Below are positions 8,654 through 19,697 of a stretch of 64,000 bases of DNA, in pieces. The notes below the pieces were generated by a model. The model was given only the letters and a program-made list of their open reading frames with translations. It searched no databases and was not told where the DNA came from. The translations under genes and the position numbers were made by a program. The DNA lies in contig JBIPSI010000016.1 of NCBI GenBank assembly GCA_044070495.1, positions 64,001 to 128,000 of the forward strand, given 5' to 3'. Numbering within the stretch: position 1 is the first letter of the stretch; every line of letters starts with the position of its first letter. The stretch is from Spirulina sp. GTDB taxonomy: Bacteria; Cyanobacteriota; Cyanobacteriia; Phormidesmidales; Phormidesmidaceae.

Positions 8654-10234
8654 GTTTCCAACTATCCCGAAATTAGCCCTCCGGTAGGGGGACCTTCTTC
8701 TTCAAGAAATGCCTGATGTTGATGGAGAAAACTCGTTTCCAACTATTCCGAAATTAGCCCTTCGGCAGGGTTCCTGGAGCCTAGTCAACAAGTGGAACAT
8801 GATTCGCACCTTTGCGTTTCCAACTATTCCGAAATTAGCCCTTCGGTAGGAAACATAGGAGAGTAAGTATGAAACCCTGTGGAATTAATGGTTTCCAACT
8901 ATTCCGAAATTAGCCCTTCGGTAGGGTAGGTTATTGGGCAGGTGAGATTACATTTTTCTTCGGTTTCCAACTATTCCGAAATTAGCCCTTCGGCAGGGTC
9001 TTTCGCGCCCTTGAAACAGGGGACGCAAGCGGCCTACTTGGTTTCCAACTATTCCGAAATTAGCCCTTCGGTAGGGCCGCTACCTAAGCCTATCAAGCGC
9101 AATGCTAAGCCTGTGTAGTTTCCAACTATTCCGAAATTAGCCCTTCGGTAGGGCACCCCGCACACGCCGACCAACAACAGACCAATAGGACTTTAGGTTT
9201 CCAACTATTCCGAAATTAGCCCTTCGGTAGGGCGTCCCAGCCCAGCCCAGATCAAGGCCAAGGGTGCTGTGACTGTTATGGGGTTTCCAACTATTCCGAA
9301 ATTAGCCCTTCGGTAGGGTAATGGTGAAATCCAAAACCGAAGCTGGGGGATTGGTTTCCAACTATTCCGAAATTAGCCCTTCGGCAGGGCTGGCAAAACT
9401 TCACCGAGGAGTTGATCGAGGAGGCTATAGAGTTTCCAACTATTCCGAAATTAGCCCTTCGGTAGGGGGTCGCACATTCAACAAGTGTTGAGCACTGCTG
9501 CAACTGAGTTTCCAACTATTCCGAAATTAGCTCTTCGGTAGGGCAACACTGACAATCGCTCTGCTGACTCTTCTACATGCTTTGGTCGGTTTCCAACTAC
9601 TCCGAAATTAGCCCTTCGGTAGGGCACAGAAAAAGAAAATATTGTAGACGGGTTCTATGAGCTAGGGTTTCCAACTATTCCGAAATTAGCCCTTCGGTAG
9701 GGAAGGCTCCTGAAAAAATTGGAGAAGGCCAGGTGGTCCAAGTGTTTCCAACTATTCCGAAATTAGCCCTTCGGTAGGGGGAGAATAGCACTGCCCAAGA
9801 GGTCATTAGCAGTCGTTTCCAACTATTCCGAAATTAGCCCTTCGGTAGGGAAACAGCTTCTCCGGAGCAGGTTCCAGCTCTAGTCTAGGTTTCCAACTAT
9901 TCCGAAATTAGCCCTTCGGTAGGGGCGTTCCAGATTTGGCACTTCGGTTTCACTAAAACAGGCTAGTTTCCAACTATTCCGAAATTAGCCCTTCGGTAGG
10001 GTTCCGTACAATTTGATTGACTTTGTTACGCTTCTGATTGTTTTGGGGTTTCCAACTATTCCGAAATTAGCCCTTCGGTAGGGTCGTGCCCCCTTTGGTT
10101 CTTACAATGCAGGCGTTCTTCTATAACTAAAGACCTCAGTAAGTACCTTAATCAAGTCGTGCCCCCTTTGGTTCTTACAATGCAGGCGTTCTAGATTCGT
10201 TTCCAACTATTCCGAAGTTAGCCCTTCGGTAGGA
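8654..10234 (-). CRISPR. CRISPR array 2: 20 repeats plus a split degenerate repeat at 8423-8610
   Basis: Same 36-nt repeat at 8654, 8735, 8816, 8891, 8963, 9041, 9118, 9197, 9283, 9354, 9432, 9508, 9589, 9667, 9744, 9815, 9889, 9966, 10048, 10199. Spacers are ~35-50 nt except one anomalous 115-nt unit. Confidence 0.98.
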
Positions 10235-10471
10235 AAGTTACGATCAATGGTGGAAAACCACAAAGGATCTCCATCACACTCTAGCCTACCCAAACCGAGA
10301 GGCTGTCCCTAGAATCTGCCAAACATTAAGCCCCCGTGATACGGCGTAGCAAACCGCAGTAAAACGTTATGGTTCGCAGGACAGAGCGAAGAAATCCTTA
10401 AATCTGAGCCGTAATCATTGCTCTTGCCCGTAGCCTTGGCCTTAACGCTCCGCCGTTCCGACACCTAGGCC

Positions 10472-12157
10472 ATGCCCTCGCCTGTCTATACCGCCATCAC
10501 CTTTGCCCCCGTGCAGGGCTTCATCGAAAAATCGCGCAAACTGCGAGATCTCTACGGGAGTTCGCTAATTTTGTCCTACCTGGCGGATCAACTTTGCGAT
10601 GCCGCGAGGGCCACCCTAGCCAGCCCTAATGCCCAATGGCCAGAGGATCCCGTCATTTCCCCAGCCCACATTAACGTGACCCAAGGCACCCCCAACCAAA
10701 TCCTGATTCGGGGAGAGTTTTCTGAGCCTGTCGCTGCCCAAGCCTTCAAAACCGCTTGGCGCGACCTGTGCAACACCTGTCGAGCGTGGATCGAAACCCA
10801 GGTTAGCACCCAACCCAACGGCCAACCCTGGGCCTACCACTGGGCGCGGCCTTGGCAAGAATGGGTCAACCATGCCTGGGAATTTTTCCATGCCACTGGC
10901 CCCAGCCCAGAACAGGCCAAACAAACCTTGATGGCCAAAAAACAAGCCCGTGCCTGGACGGGGGTGAACTGGGTGGGCGAAAGTTCTACCCTGTCGGGGC
11001 TAGATTCGCGGGCGTGGCCCTTACTGGGGCGGCACTCTCCCCACCAACGCCCCAAGGCCGAAGAAGAGACCGAAGTCACCACCTTTTACCAACAGCTCAG
11101 CGAGGCCATCGGCGCAACCGGAGAAGCCATCATCACCCCCAGGGAACAGCTCAGCATTCCCGAACTGGTGAAACGGCTGGTGACGGTGGAGGCCGTGGTG
11201 GGCCACAACCCAGAACTGGGTACCCTAATGAGCTTTAAAGACCTCAACCGCTGGCACGATCCAGAGGTAGACGACCTGCCCGACGAAGCCCAGCGCCGTC
11301 CCGAAGACTCCCAGCCGGGACGCTGGACAGGCTGGTTTCAGGGCGATGGGGATCGTGTCAGCGACCATTTACGGGGACAATCCCCCGATGCCCTCCACGA
11401 CTTTAGCCATCAACTGCGGCGGTGGGGTCGCCAGTTGCCCCGTCATCTGCCCAAAGCCACCACCCAGCGCCGCACCCTAGATCGCGATGGGCGGATCATC
11501 TATGCAGGCGGCGACGACTTCCTGGGCGTCCTCTATCGCAATGAACCCGACCCACCCTTGGCCCCCGCCGAGGCCGTGGCTTGGCTGTCGCAGTTTCGTT
11601 CCCACATTTGGAGTCTGCACCAGCAGCCGATTACCGTCAGCGTGGGCTTTGTGTGGGCGGCCCCCAACGTGCCCCAGCGAGACGTGTTGCAGCACTGCCG
11701 CGAAGCCCAGGACTCGGCCAAGCAGCACGGACGAGATCGCATTGCCTTTCGCCTTCTGTTTAACGGTGGCAACTGGCTAGAGTGGGTCTGTCCTTGGTGG
11801 TTGCTAGAGGCGGGGTTGCTGGAGTCTTACCGAGATCGCAACGGGGTGCAGGGAACCACCAACGCCCCCAACTGGACACATCTCTATAACGACATCGCCA
11901 CCCTAGAGGCCCGCCACGGCTTTGATGCCCAGGGTGATGTGGCCCTAGCCCTGGTGACGATCTACTTTGGAGAAGACCTCTGTACCCTCATCCGTCAGCA
12001 CCGTTGGGATACCCCAGACCGCACCGGAATTTTGGGCCACTCCGCCCCAGAGGCCATCGCGATCACCGCCTGGGTGATCGCCCTCGCCAAGGTCGGCTTC
12101 CATCTGCATCGCCTTGGGGTTAACCGGGACTACATCGCTACCCCCATAGCCGCCTAG
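10472..12157 (+). CDS. cas10: Cas10/Cmr2, short form without HD domain, GGDD intact
   Basis: ITFAPVQGFIEKSRKLRDLYGSSLILSYL at the N-terminus, WFQGDGD, IIYAGGDDFLG; 561 aa. Confidence 0.93.
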   Translation: MPSPVYTAITFAPVQGFIEKSRKLRDLYGSSLILSYLADQLCDAARATLASPNAQWPEDPVISPAHINVTQGTPNQILIRGEFSEPVAAQAFKTAWRDLCNTCRAWIETQVSTQPNGQPWAYHWARPWQEWVNHAWEFFHATGPSPEQAKQTLMAKKQARAWTGVNWVGESSTLSGLDSRAWPLLGRHSPHQRPKAEEETEVTTFYQQLSEAIGATGEAIITPREQLSIPELVKRLVTVEAVVGHNPELGTLMSFKDLNRWHDPEVDDLPDEAQRRPEDSQPGRWTGWFQGDGDRVSDHLRGQSPDALHDFSHQLRRWGRQLPRHLPKATTQRRTLDRDGRIIYAGGDDFLGVLYRNEPDPPLAPAEAVAWLSQFRSHIWSLHQQPITVSVGFVWAAPNVPQRDVLQHCREAQDSAKQHGRDRIAFRLLFNGGNWLEWVCPWWLLEAGLLESYRDRNGVQGTTNAPNWTHLYNDIATLEARHGFDAQGDVALALVTIYFGEDLCTLIRQHRWDTPDRTGILGHSAPEAIAITAWVIALAKVGFHLHRLGVNRDYIATPIAA

Positions 12158-12167
12158 GAATCACTGA

Positions 12168-13232
<1,065 letters not shown>

Positions 13233-13317
13233 TCCCAATCCCCCGCACAGGCACACCGCTGGTCACCAAAATCCCAGCCCTCCCCCCCAGCCCCTTCACA
13301 CTTTCACACTTTCACCC

Positions 13318-14127
13318 ATGTACCACAAAGCCTACGGCATCATCGAAACCCTAGCCCCGCTCCATATAGGGGCCAGCGCCGGAGAAGAAACCGGAAACCT
13401 CAACCTGATTTTTCGCGACCAGTTCACCCAAACGGGCATTATTCCCGGTAGCTCGATTCGGGGGCGGTTCCGGGCCGATATGCGGCAGATCGACGGAGCT
13501 TCTGCCCAGCAGTGGTATGGCCATGAGGCCGTGGCGGGGGCAGAGGATGGCGGCACCACCGAAGCCCTGGTGAAGTTTGAGTATGCATCGTTGGTGTGGC
13601 TGCCAGTGTTCTGTCCAGGCCAGCCGATTTTATGGGTAACGTGCCCTTGGCTGCTGAAGCGCTACCAACGCATTGCGGAGATTGCCGATCCGATTCCCGA
13701 CCCCTACACAGCCTCCCCCGGTCTTCAGGGCCGCCAGGTGGGCACCGGAGGCAAAGTGTTGTTTTTCAACCTGGGCTTTCTGACGCTGGAACATGAGGTG
13801 GATTTGTCCCCCTGGATTCCGGCGGGGGTAGATCTGCGGGCCGATAGCTTAGTGGTGGTAGACAACCGCGACATCAGCATGATCCACGACATGGCCCTCT
13901 ATCGCCAAAGCCGGGTGCGCCTAGAGGATGACCAAAAGAAAGTGGCATCGGGCGCTTTCTTTAATGTGGAAGCCCTACCGGAGGGCTGCATTTTGGTGTT
14001 TCCGGTTGCCCTCAAAGCGCCAGACTGGCAACCCTTTGGTTCGGCCCAGACCCAGGAACTTTACTTTGGCGGGCTAGAATCCATCGGCTTTGGCCGTTGT
14101 TACGTCACCCTAGCGGGAGGGAATTAG
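13318..14127 (+). CDS. cmr4: Cmr4 (Cas7 group RAMP)
   Basis: TLAPLHIGA, IPGSSIRGRFR, EALPEG, FGGLESIGFG glycine-rich loop. Confidence 0.9.
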   Translation: MYHKAYGIIETLAPLHIGASAGEETGNLNLIFRDQFTQTGIIPGSSIRGRFRADMRQIDGASAQQWYGHEAVAGAEDGGTTEALVKFEYASLVWLPVFCPGQPILWVTCPWLLKRYQRIAEIADPIPDPYTASPGLQGRQVGTGGKVLFFNLGFLTLEHEVDLSPWIPAGVDLRADSLVVVDNRDISMIHDMALYRQSRVRLEDDQKKVASGAFFNVEALPEGCILVFPVALKAPDWQPFGSAQTQELYFGGLESIGFGRCYVTLAGGN

Positions 14128-14129
14128 TC

Positions 14130-14525
14130 ATGGCTTGGGAATCCTACGGACTCGATCAACTGGCTCAACAACTGGTGTTAGATGCCAAGGCCAGGGAACC
14201 GCAATCCCTGAATCAGGCCTACAAAATGCGGATGGCCACCGCCTACGGCCTAGAGCGTTTTTGGGGCGAACATCTGCGGCTGCAACGGCGAGAACTGAAT
14301 GCCTCTCTGTTTTGGCAAGAAACCTGGGCCGCCTTGGTAACGGTGATGGCCCGCGCTGGGGTCAACCTGCCGAATCAGCGGGTGAACTCCGACGATGTGG
14401 CCTCCATTCGCGCTATTTCCGAAGCCCTGTGGCAGTTGCCCCTCAGCGACCAGCGGGTGGCCCTAGCGGTGTTGACCCAGCTTTGCGACAGCCTCGTTTG
14501 GTGGACGCAGCGCTACAAGGGGTAA
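14130..14525 (+). CDS. cmr5: Cmr5-like small subunit (Cas11)
   Basis: 131-aa helical protein directly after cmr4, with C-terminal WWTQRYK. Confidence 0.7.
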   Translation: MAWESYGLDQLAQQLVLDAKAREPQSLNQAYKMRMATAYGLERFWGEHLRLQRRELNASLFWQETWAALVTVMARAGVNLPNQRVNSDDVASIRAISEALWQLPLSDQRVALAVLTQLCDSLVWWTQRYKG

Positions 14526-14649
14526 GTCGGGTTCACACACCCGTAACGCACTTGATTTATAAGGCTTTGATGCCTGACGCTAGCCCATCCTCCAGACTTC
14601 CAACCCTCCCATTGCGCTGATCTGGCTTAGGTTTCAGCTTTTTTACCCA

Positions 14650-16386
14650 ATGCCCTCGACCATGCCAACTTCACCTAACATCCCAAACATAACCACTCGC
14701 GTACCCATGATGTTTCGGGCACAGGTGCCAGGTCGCTGCCAACTTCAGCGCATTGATCCACAGCGTAGTAAGGACGGCATCGATCAAGATGTAGAGCGTT
14801 GGGTGGATGAGTGGATTGATAAAACGAGCGACGATCCGCCCCAATCTAGCCGCACCGAAAACAGCCGCGTGTACGACATCACCTGGCGGTTTGTCACCAA
14901 TGGCGGCCAAGACGATGGCATCATTCGTCCGGTGATTGGGGCCTATGGCTGGCCTGTATATCCGGGCAGCAGTATGAAAGGAGCCTTTCGCCAAGCCTGT
15001 ACCATTACCCAAGCCGACCGTTACTGTGGACGGGCCGTTGGCCAAGATTTCCAGCCTGGTATTTTGCGATTCCACGGGGGCTATCCCACCAGTACCGACT
15101 GGACGGATGGCCTGGTGGATATCATCCACCCTCAACAGGATCGCCAGGTTAAGCAGGAACAAACGACCAGCGCCTTTGCCCAAATTTCCCTCTATCAGCC
15201 CCAGTTGCGGTTTGCCATCTCCAGCACCGAACCCCTAGAGGCCACGGAATGGGAGATCATTTGGCAAATTTGGGAGCGGGCGTCGCACAACGGCCTGGGC
15301 TGCCGCGTTAGTGCGGGCTATGGCCAGGTTCTCTTGCCTGCGGATCGCCCAAAAAATGGGGATTCTGGTGAAGTCCTATTCCAAGCCCATCTAAAGGGGC
15401 AGGGGCAAGCGCCTAAGTTGATTGATCAGGCTGGGGAGTTTCGGCCCAATGTATTCCGGGCGGCGGTGCGGGGCCATGCCTTGCGATTATTTGGTGGCCT
15501 AACTTCGGCAGAGCAGGCGGAGGCGTTGGTCAACGGTCTCTTTGGCAGTGTGCGAGGCAGTGGCGATGTGGGACTGCTGGCCCTCCAGTTTCAAACTCGC
15601 CATTTAACCTTGGACAGCTACGGCACCGGGAAATGGGAGCAGCCCACCTATGCCGTAGATGGTGATCTATCTTGGCGACTTACCCGATCCTTACCAGATG
15701 CCGACCAGCGGACAGCGTTAGCAAATTTGGTGCGGGCGCTGATGCATTTTTCCATGGTGTTTGGCGGCTTTGGCAAATCCTGGCGACGGGCCGATCATCG
15801 CCTCTTTTACCCCGACTATGCCGAGCAACCCAACAAGCCCCTGATTGGTTGCCACTGGCAATGGGGGGCCGAGTCCCTTCAGCAGAACTATCAAGTTCGC
15901 AAGTCAGAGCAAATTCCCTCCTTCCTAAATGCCGTACGGGGCGTGGCGCGGCAATGGATTCGGCTCCAGGGGGCCGAGTCTAACCAGCGGGCCACCCACT
16001 GGCGCGAAGCTTGGCACCCGCAGACGGTTCAAGTGTGGGGGCGCGTAGCCACCCACCAAGACGACAGCCTCGCCATCGAATGGTTGCACCGTCCCTATCA
16101 AGAGGCGATTCGGGCGGCTGGCATCCCCGAAGGATCGATCTACAAAACCTCGGTCACGGGAGAACTGGGGCGCATTGGTCGTCTATGGCATCGGATGTAT
16201 CCTGTGGTGCGGCTGGCAAAACGGAAGGATGACCCCCAGGGCAAACCCAGGGCCATTCTGCCGCCAAATCCCCAGTATTTAGAACTTCTGACCCTTTTTC
16301 CGGATGATTCCACGGAATACCAGCAATTTCTGCAATTTCTTCAGCAGCAGCAAACGGCGTTTACCCCGCTTTGGCCAGCACCCTAG
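14650..16386 (+). CDS. Cmr6-Cmr1 fused Cas7 RAMP protein
   Basis: Two RAMP units: PVYPGSSMKGAFR...GLGCRVSAGYG (Cmr6-like) and FRPNVFRAAVRGHALR...GGFGKSWRR (Cmr1-like). Confidence 0.8.
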   Translation: MPSTMPTSPNIPNITTRVPMMFRAQVPGRCQLQRIDPQRSKDGIDQDVERWVDEWIDKTSDDPPQSSRTENSRVYDITWRFVTNGGQDDGIIRPVIGAYGWPVYPGSSMKGAFRQACTITQADRYCGRAVGQDFQPGILRFHGGYPTSTDWTDGLVDIIHPQQDRQVKQEQTTSAFAQISLYQPQLRFAISSTEPLEATEWEIIWQIWERASHNGLGCRVSAGYGQVLLPADRPKNGDSGEVLFQAHLKGQGQAPKLIDQAGEFRPNVFRAAVRGHALRLFGGLTSAEQAEALVNGLFGSVRGSGDVGLLALQFQTRHLTLDSYGTGKWEQPTYAVDGDLSWRLTRSLPDADQRTALANLVRALMHFSMVFGGFGKSWRRADHRLFYPDYAEQPNKPLIGCHWQWGAESLQQNYQVRKSEQIPSFLNAVRGVARQWIRLQGAESNQRATHWREAWHPQTVQVWGRVATHQDDSLAIEWLHRPYQEAIRAAGIPEGSIYKTSVTGELGRIGRLWHRMYPVVRLAKRKDDPQGKPRAILPPNPQYLELLTLFPDDSTEYQQFLQFLQQQQTAFTPLWPAP

Positions 16387-16466
16387 CCCCCTACTAAAGG
16401 CCCCCAGTTCCTTGAAGAAACCGGGGGTCTTGAAGACAGATAGATCCTTGTAGATCCTTGAGCCGC

Positions 16467-16763
16467 CTAAGCCTCTGAACTGGACTTTGGATCGTCGTTG
16501 TCGTCGTTGTAGAGGGCATCGAGTTGTTCGCGGGCATCCTTCACGGAGATAGACCGCATCACCAGCAGCGGTTCCCGAATTACCTGTCCATCTTGATCCA
16601 GCAATTCTGGGTGAGGCACCGGACGGCGACTGTCGTTACCGTAGGCGCTGGGGGATTGCGAGGTACGGGCATTGTTGCCGAGCAAAATGATATTTCTCAC
16701 CAGATTGGCAATGGCCAGAATGGCGAGAGCCGCAAACGCAATGATGTAAATTACCTGCCACAT
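16467..16763 (-). CDS. DUF2973 family protein
   Basis: N-terminal TM, HPELLDQDGQVIREPLLVMRS. Confidence 0.8.
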   Translation of the reverse strand: MWQVIYIIAFAALAILAIANLVRNIILLGNNARTSQSPSAYGNDSRRPVPHPELLDQDGQVIREPLLVMRSISVKDAREQLDALYNDDNDDPKSSSEA

Positions 16764-16863
16764 GACTTGTATCCTCTGGCCAATCGTTGCCTGTATTGAC
16801 TGTAACCTGTTTACCCTGATTATGGCCCATCCCTAGAAGCTAAATTCGCCCCCAGATCCGAGG

Positions 16864-17208
16864 CTAAGGGGATAGGGATCGATGGCGACGGGCGACCATC
16901 CAACATTCCGCCACTAGGGCGTGCCAAGCCATCACCTGGGCCGGATCCACACCCACCTGGCCATCGGTAACCGCCAAGAGAGAGGCCGCCGTTTGGGTCT
17001 CGGCCATGGCTTCCCTGAGGCGGTTGAGTAAGTTGGCCTGATCCTCAACGCTAGTGCCTTGCAGTGGCCCCTCCTCAAGCAACGCGAGGGAACGCTGAAA
17101 CCAGTATTGAAAATCGTCTAGCAAGGGCGAAAGCACCCGGGCCAGCAGGGTTGTTTGGTTGGGGTTAACCCCATCGGCAGGGGCACCATCGAAGGGGGAA
17201 GGCGGCAT
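16864..17208 (-). CDS. DUF2605 family protein
   Basis: PLLDDFQYWFQRS, WHALVAECW. Confidence 0.8.
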   Translation of the reverse strand: MPPSPFDGAPADGVNPNQTTLLARVLSPLLDDFQYWFQRSLALLEEGPLQGTSVEDQANLLNRLREAMAETQTAASLLAVTDGQVGVDPAQVMAWHALVAECWMVARRHRSLSP

Positions 17209-17315
17209 GACGGTTGTTTGGGATGACTAGGGCTAGGGTGAATGCTCGCAGTCTAGGCATCTATGCCTTGATCCTAACGCAACCTTAAGGATTGGTTGAG
17301 CCAGGACGAAGGGAT

Positions 17316-17567
17316 TCAGGGAGCAATTGCCGTTTCCTCCCGTGGCCCTAGGGGTTGCCATCCGGCTTGCCAAAGATCGCGGTTTTTCAGTTGTTTGGCA
17401 TTCACCCACAGCCGCACCGAAGGATCGCAGGAGGCCACCAGTTCCGCAAACACCCAGTCGCCCTCCTGTTTGCGGTTGGCCACCTGGAAATGTCGCCAGC
17501 CTTCGGTGGCGTGGCGGGCCGTCCATTTAGAACCCAGCAGGTGGGGAAATTTTTGTTTACGAGCCAT
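17316..17567 (-). CDS. TIGR02450 family Trp-rich protein
   Basis: KFPHLLGSKWTA, GWRHFQV, LWQAGW. Confidence 0.8.
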   Translation of the reverse strand: MARKQKFPHLLGSKWTARHATEGWRHFQVANRKQEGDWVFAELVASCDPSVRLWVNAKQLKNRDLWQAGWQPLGPREETAIAP

Positions 17568-17794
17568 CGGAAACCATGAAAATCAAGGGTTTTGCTGTAA
17601 GGTACAAGCGCGAAGCAATTCACCAAAACCCATCCATACCATCATAAACCCGCTATGGGCGTAGGGTGGCCAAGGGGGTGGTGCATTGCGGCCAAGGGGT
17701 GGTGCCGCAGGGGCGAAGGATGACGGTGCCGCGAATACCCCATCGCTACCTAGCCAAAGGATATGATGAAGGGGCCGCAACCCAAGATCGGACT

Positions 17795-18064
17795 ATGCCT
17801 GTCGTCTCGATGTTCTATGGGGTAATCGTACTGATGTATTTCTTTGATAATAGGAAGCATCATCAGCCCCATATTCATGTGAAATACCAGGGCGAAGAAG
17901 CCGTGATCTCAATTCCAGATGGATTGGTCTTGGAGGGTAAGCTACGTAGCTCAAAGCTGAAGCTAGTGTTGGCTTGGGTTGAGATTCATCAAGACGAGTT
18001 GATGGCAAACTGGGAATTAGCGATTGCGGGTGAGCAGATTTTCAAAATTGAGCCGTTACGATAG
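17795..18064 (+). CDS. DUF4160 domain protein (putative toxin)
   Basis: MPVVSMFYGVIVLMYF, HHQPHIHVKY, WVEIHQDELMANW. Confidence 0.85.
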   Translation: MPVVSMFYGVIVLMYFFDNRKHHQPHIHVKYQGEEAVISIPDGLVLEGKLRSSKLKLVLAWVEIHQDELMANWELAIAGEQIFKIEPLR

Positions 18065-18074
18065 GAGTAGAAAC

Positions 18075-18335
18075 ATGATGTCTCCTAAAGTGGTTAAGCT
18101 AGAAGCCCTAGAAAATAGCTGTCTACGATTGTTTTTTGACAACGGTGAAACTCGTATTTTTGATGTCTCACCCTATCTAGAAAAGGGCTTCTTTAAGGAG
18201 TTGCAAAATAGTCACTACTTCAAGCAGGCTAAACCTTTCTTTGGCGGTGTGCAGTGGCCTCACGAACAAGATTTTGGCCCAGATACCCTATTCCTAGAAA
18301 GCACCCTAGAAAGCGTTTGGGATGTAGCAGGATAA
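18075..18335 (+). CDS. DUF2442 domain protein (putative antitoxin)
   Basis: LRLFFDNGETRIFDV, VQWPHEQDFGPDTL; AGGAG RBS. Confidence 0.82.
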   Translation: MMSPKVVKLEALENSCLRLFFDNGETRIFDVSPYLEKGFFKELQNSHYFKQAKPFFGGVQWPHEQDFGPDTLFLESTLESVWDVAG

Positions 18336-18713
18336 TGAACCGATTGGTACATAACGCCAAGGCGAGGCTAGCGCCAACGCGAAGCAATGCACCAAAGCCA
18401 TATACAGGGAAATTCGTGATGAGTAAGCGGTGCATTGTGGCCAAAATGATTGATCGCGCCATTGCCGAAAATGTTGGTGCCGCGAATGTACCCTACGGCT
18501 ATGGCGAGACCTAAACGCAGTTTTCAGACGGGCTATTGCTACCACGTTACGGTTCGCTGCAATAACCGCGAGTTTCGATTAATTCGGGATGAGTGCCGGG
18601 AGATTTTGCTGTACGCCTTGGAGCGCTGCAAGGCAACATACGGCTTCAAGCTCTATGCCCTGTGCATTATGAGCAACCATGTGCATTACCTGATTGAGCC
18701 TGGTGGGGTAGAA

Positions 18714-18769
18714 TTCAAAGTTCAAAGTTCAAAGTTCAAAATTCAAAGTTCAAAGTTCAAAGTTCAAAA
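18714..18769 (+). repeat. Heptamer tandem repeat (TTCAAAR)x8
   Basis: Direct reading. Further direct copies at 19133-19160 and inverted copies at ~19184-19213. Confidence 0.9.
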
Positions 18770-19143
18770 TGGAAAAGTCTGTTCAGCCCATTACGGAGAG
18801 AACGTTTGCGTTTGCGGTGCGGATTGTGAAGCTCTGTCAGACGGTGGGAGCTACGATGGGGGTGAGCCAGCCTTTGGTGAGGCAGTTGATCCGGTCGGGA
18901 ACATCGGTGGGGGCTAATGTGGAGGAAGCGCAGGCGGCGCAAAGTCGGGCAGATTTTATCCACAAAATGGAAATTGCGCTGAAGGAGCTACGGGAGACTC
19001 GCTACTGGTTGCGCTTGCTAGTGGCGACCGACTTGGTGCCAGAGGAGCAAATGAGGGGATTGATGGGTGAGGCGGAGGAGTTGGTGAAGATTATGTCGAA
19101 GATTGTGGTGAATACGAAGGCGAGGAATAAAGTTCAAAATTGA
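18769..19143 (+). CDS. Four helix bundle protein (23S rRNA IVP / TIGR02436 family)
   Basis: ERTFAFAVRIVKL, QLIRSGTSVGANVEEA, SRADFIHKMEIALKELRETRYWL. Confidence 0.92.
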   Translation: MEKSVQPITERTFAFAVRIVKLCQTVGATMGVSQPLVRQLIRSGTSVGANVEEAQAAQSRADFIHKMEIALKELRETRYWLRLLVATDLVPEEQMRGLMGEAEELVKIMSKIVVNTKARNKVQN

Positions 19144-19697
19144 AAATTCAATGTTCAAAAAGGTCAACTTAGACTTCTTTATTTTTTGAATTCATAATTT
19201 TGAATTTTGAATTGATATGCAACAGGGCTTTTTTTACGACTACAGCAACTACGGCACCTACGACCGTTTGACCACGGATGGCCTGACGCAATGGCACCCG
19301 TCTTTTTTGGCGTTGGGGGCCACGCTGGAACTCTGTGCTGAGGCGTATCGGAAATTTTGCAAAAAATATAAGCCCAAACCCAAGCCAGAGCGGCGCAATA
19401 CCTGGGGCAGCAAAAAACTGGCGGCGATTCGGCAGAAGATGAAGGCCAAAAAAAAGACCCCTGGCCAACAAAGCCTGTGGGATGAATGGCAAGCGCCGAT
19501 GGATGCGGTGCAAAAGGTTGCTAAGAAATTTGTATTAGCGAATTGTTTGAACCCAGATGTGGTAAGTGCCCGATTTGAGGCCAATACGACCTGACGCCCG
19601 GTGCCAGGTAAGCGATCCCCGAAACACCTAGTTTTCCGTGCAGAGGGGGTCGGTAATCATTCTTTTGGATCGGGCTGAAGCGCTTATCTGCTACAGT

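Larger units (their letters stand above)
18501..19594 (+). pseudogene. REP-associated tyrosine transposase (RAYT, Y1/HUH), disrupted
   Basis: N-part 18501-18701 (YHVTVRCNNRE...MSNHVHYLIEP, HUH motif) and C-part 19217-19594 (MQQGFFYDYSNY...). The catalytic-Tyr segment is absent and the gap holds a four-helix-bundle gene. Confidence 0.8.

Noticed and set aside
9291..9515. ORFs running through CRISPR arrays (also 6583-7185 and 6715-7005)
   Set aside because: Translations of repeats (PYRRANFGIVGN), not genes
18769..19143. Four-helix-bundle gene as a DGR Avd next to a GUN4 target
   Set aside because: Motifs match the IVP/TIGR02436 family, and no reverse transcriptase or template repeat is in the window
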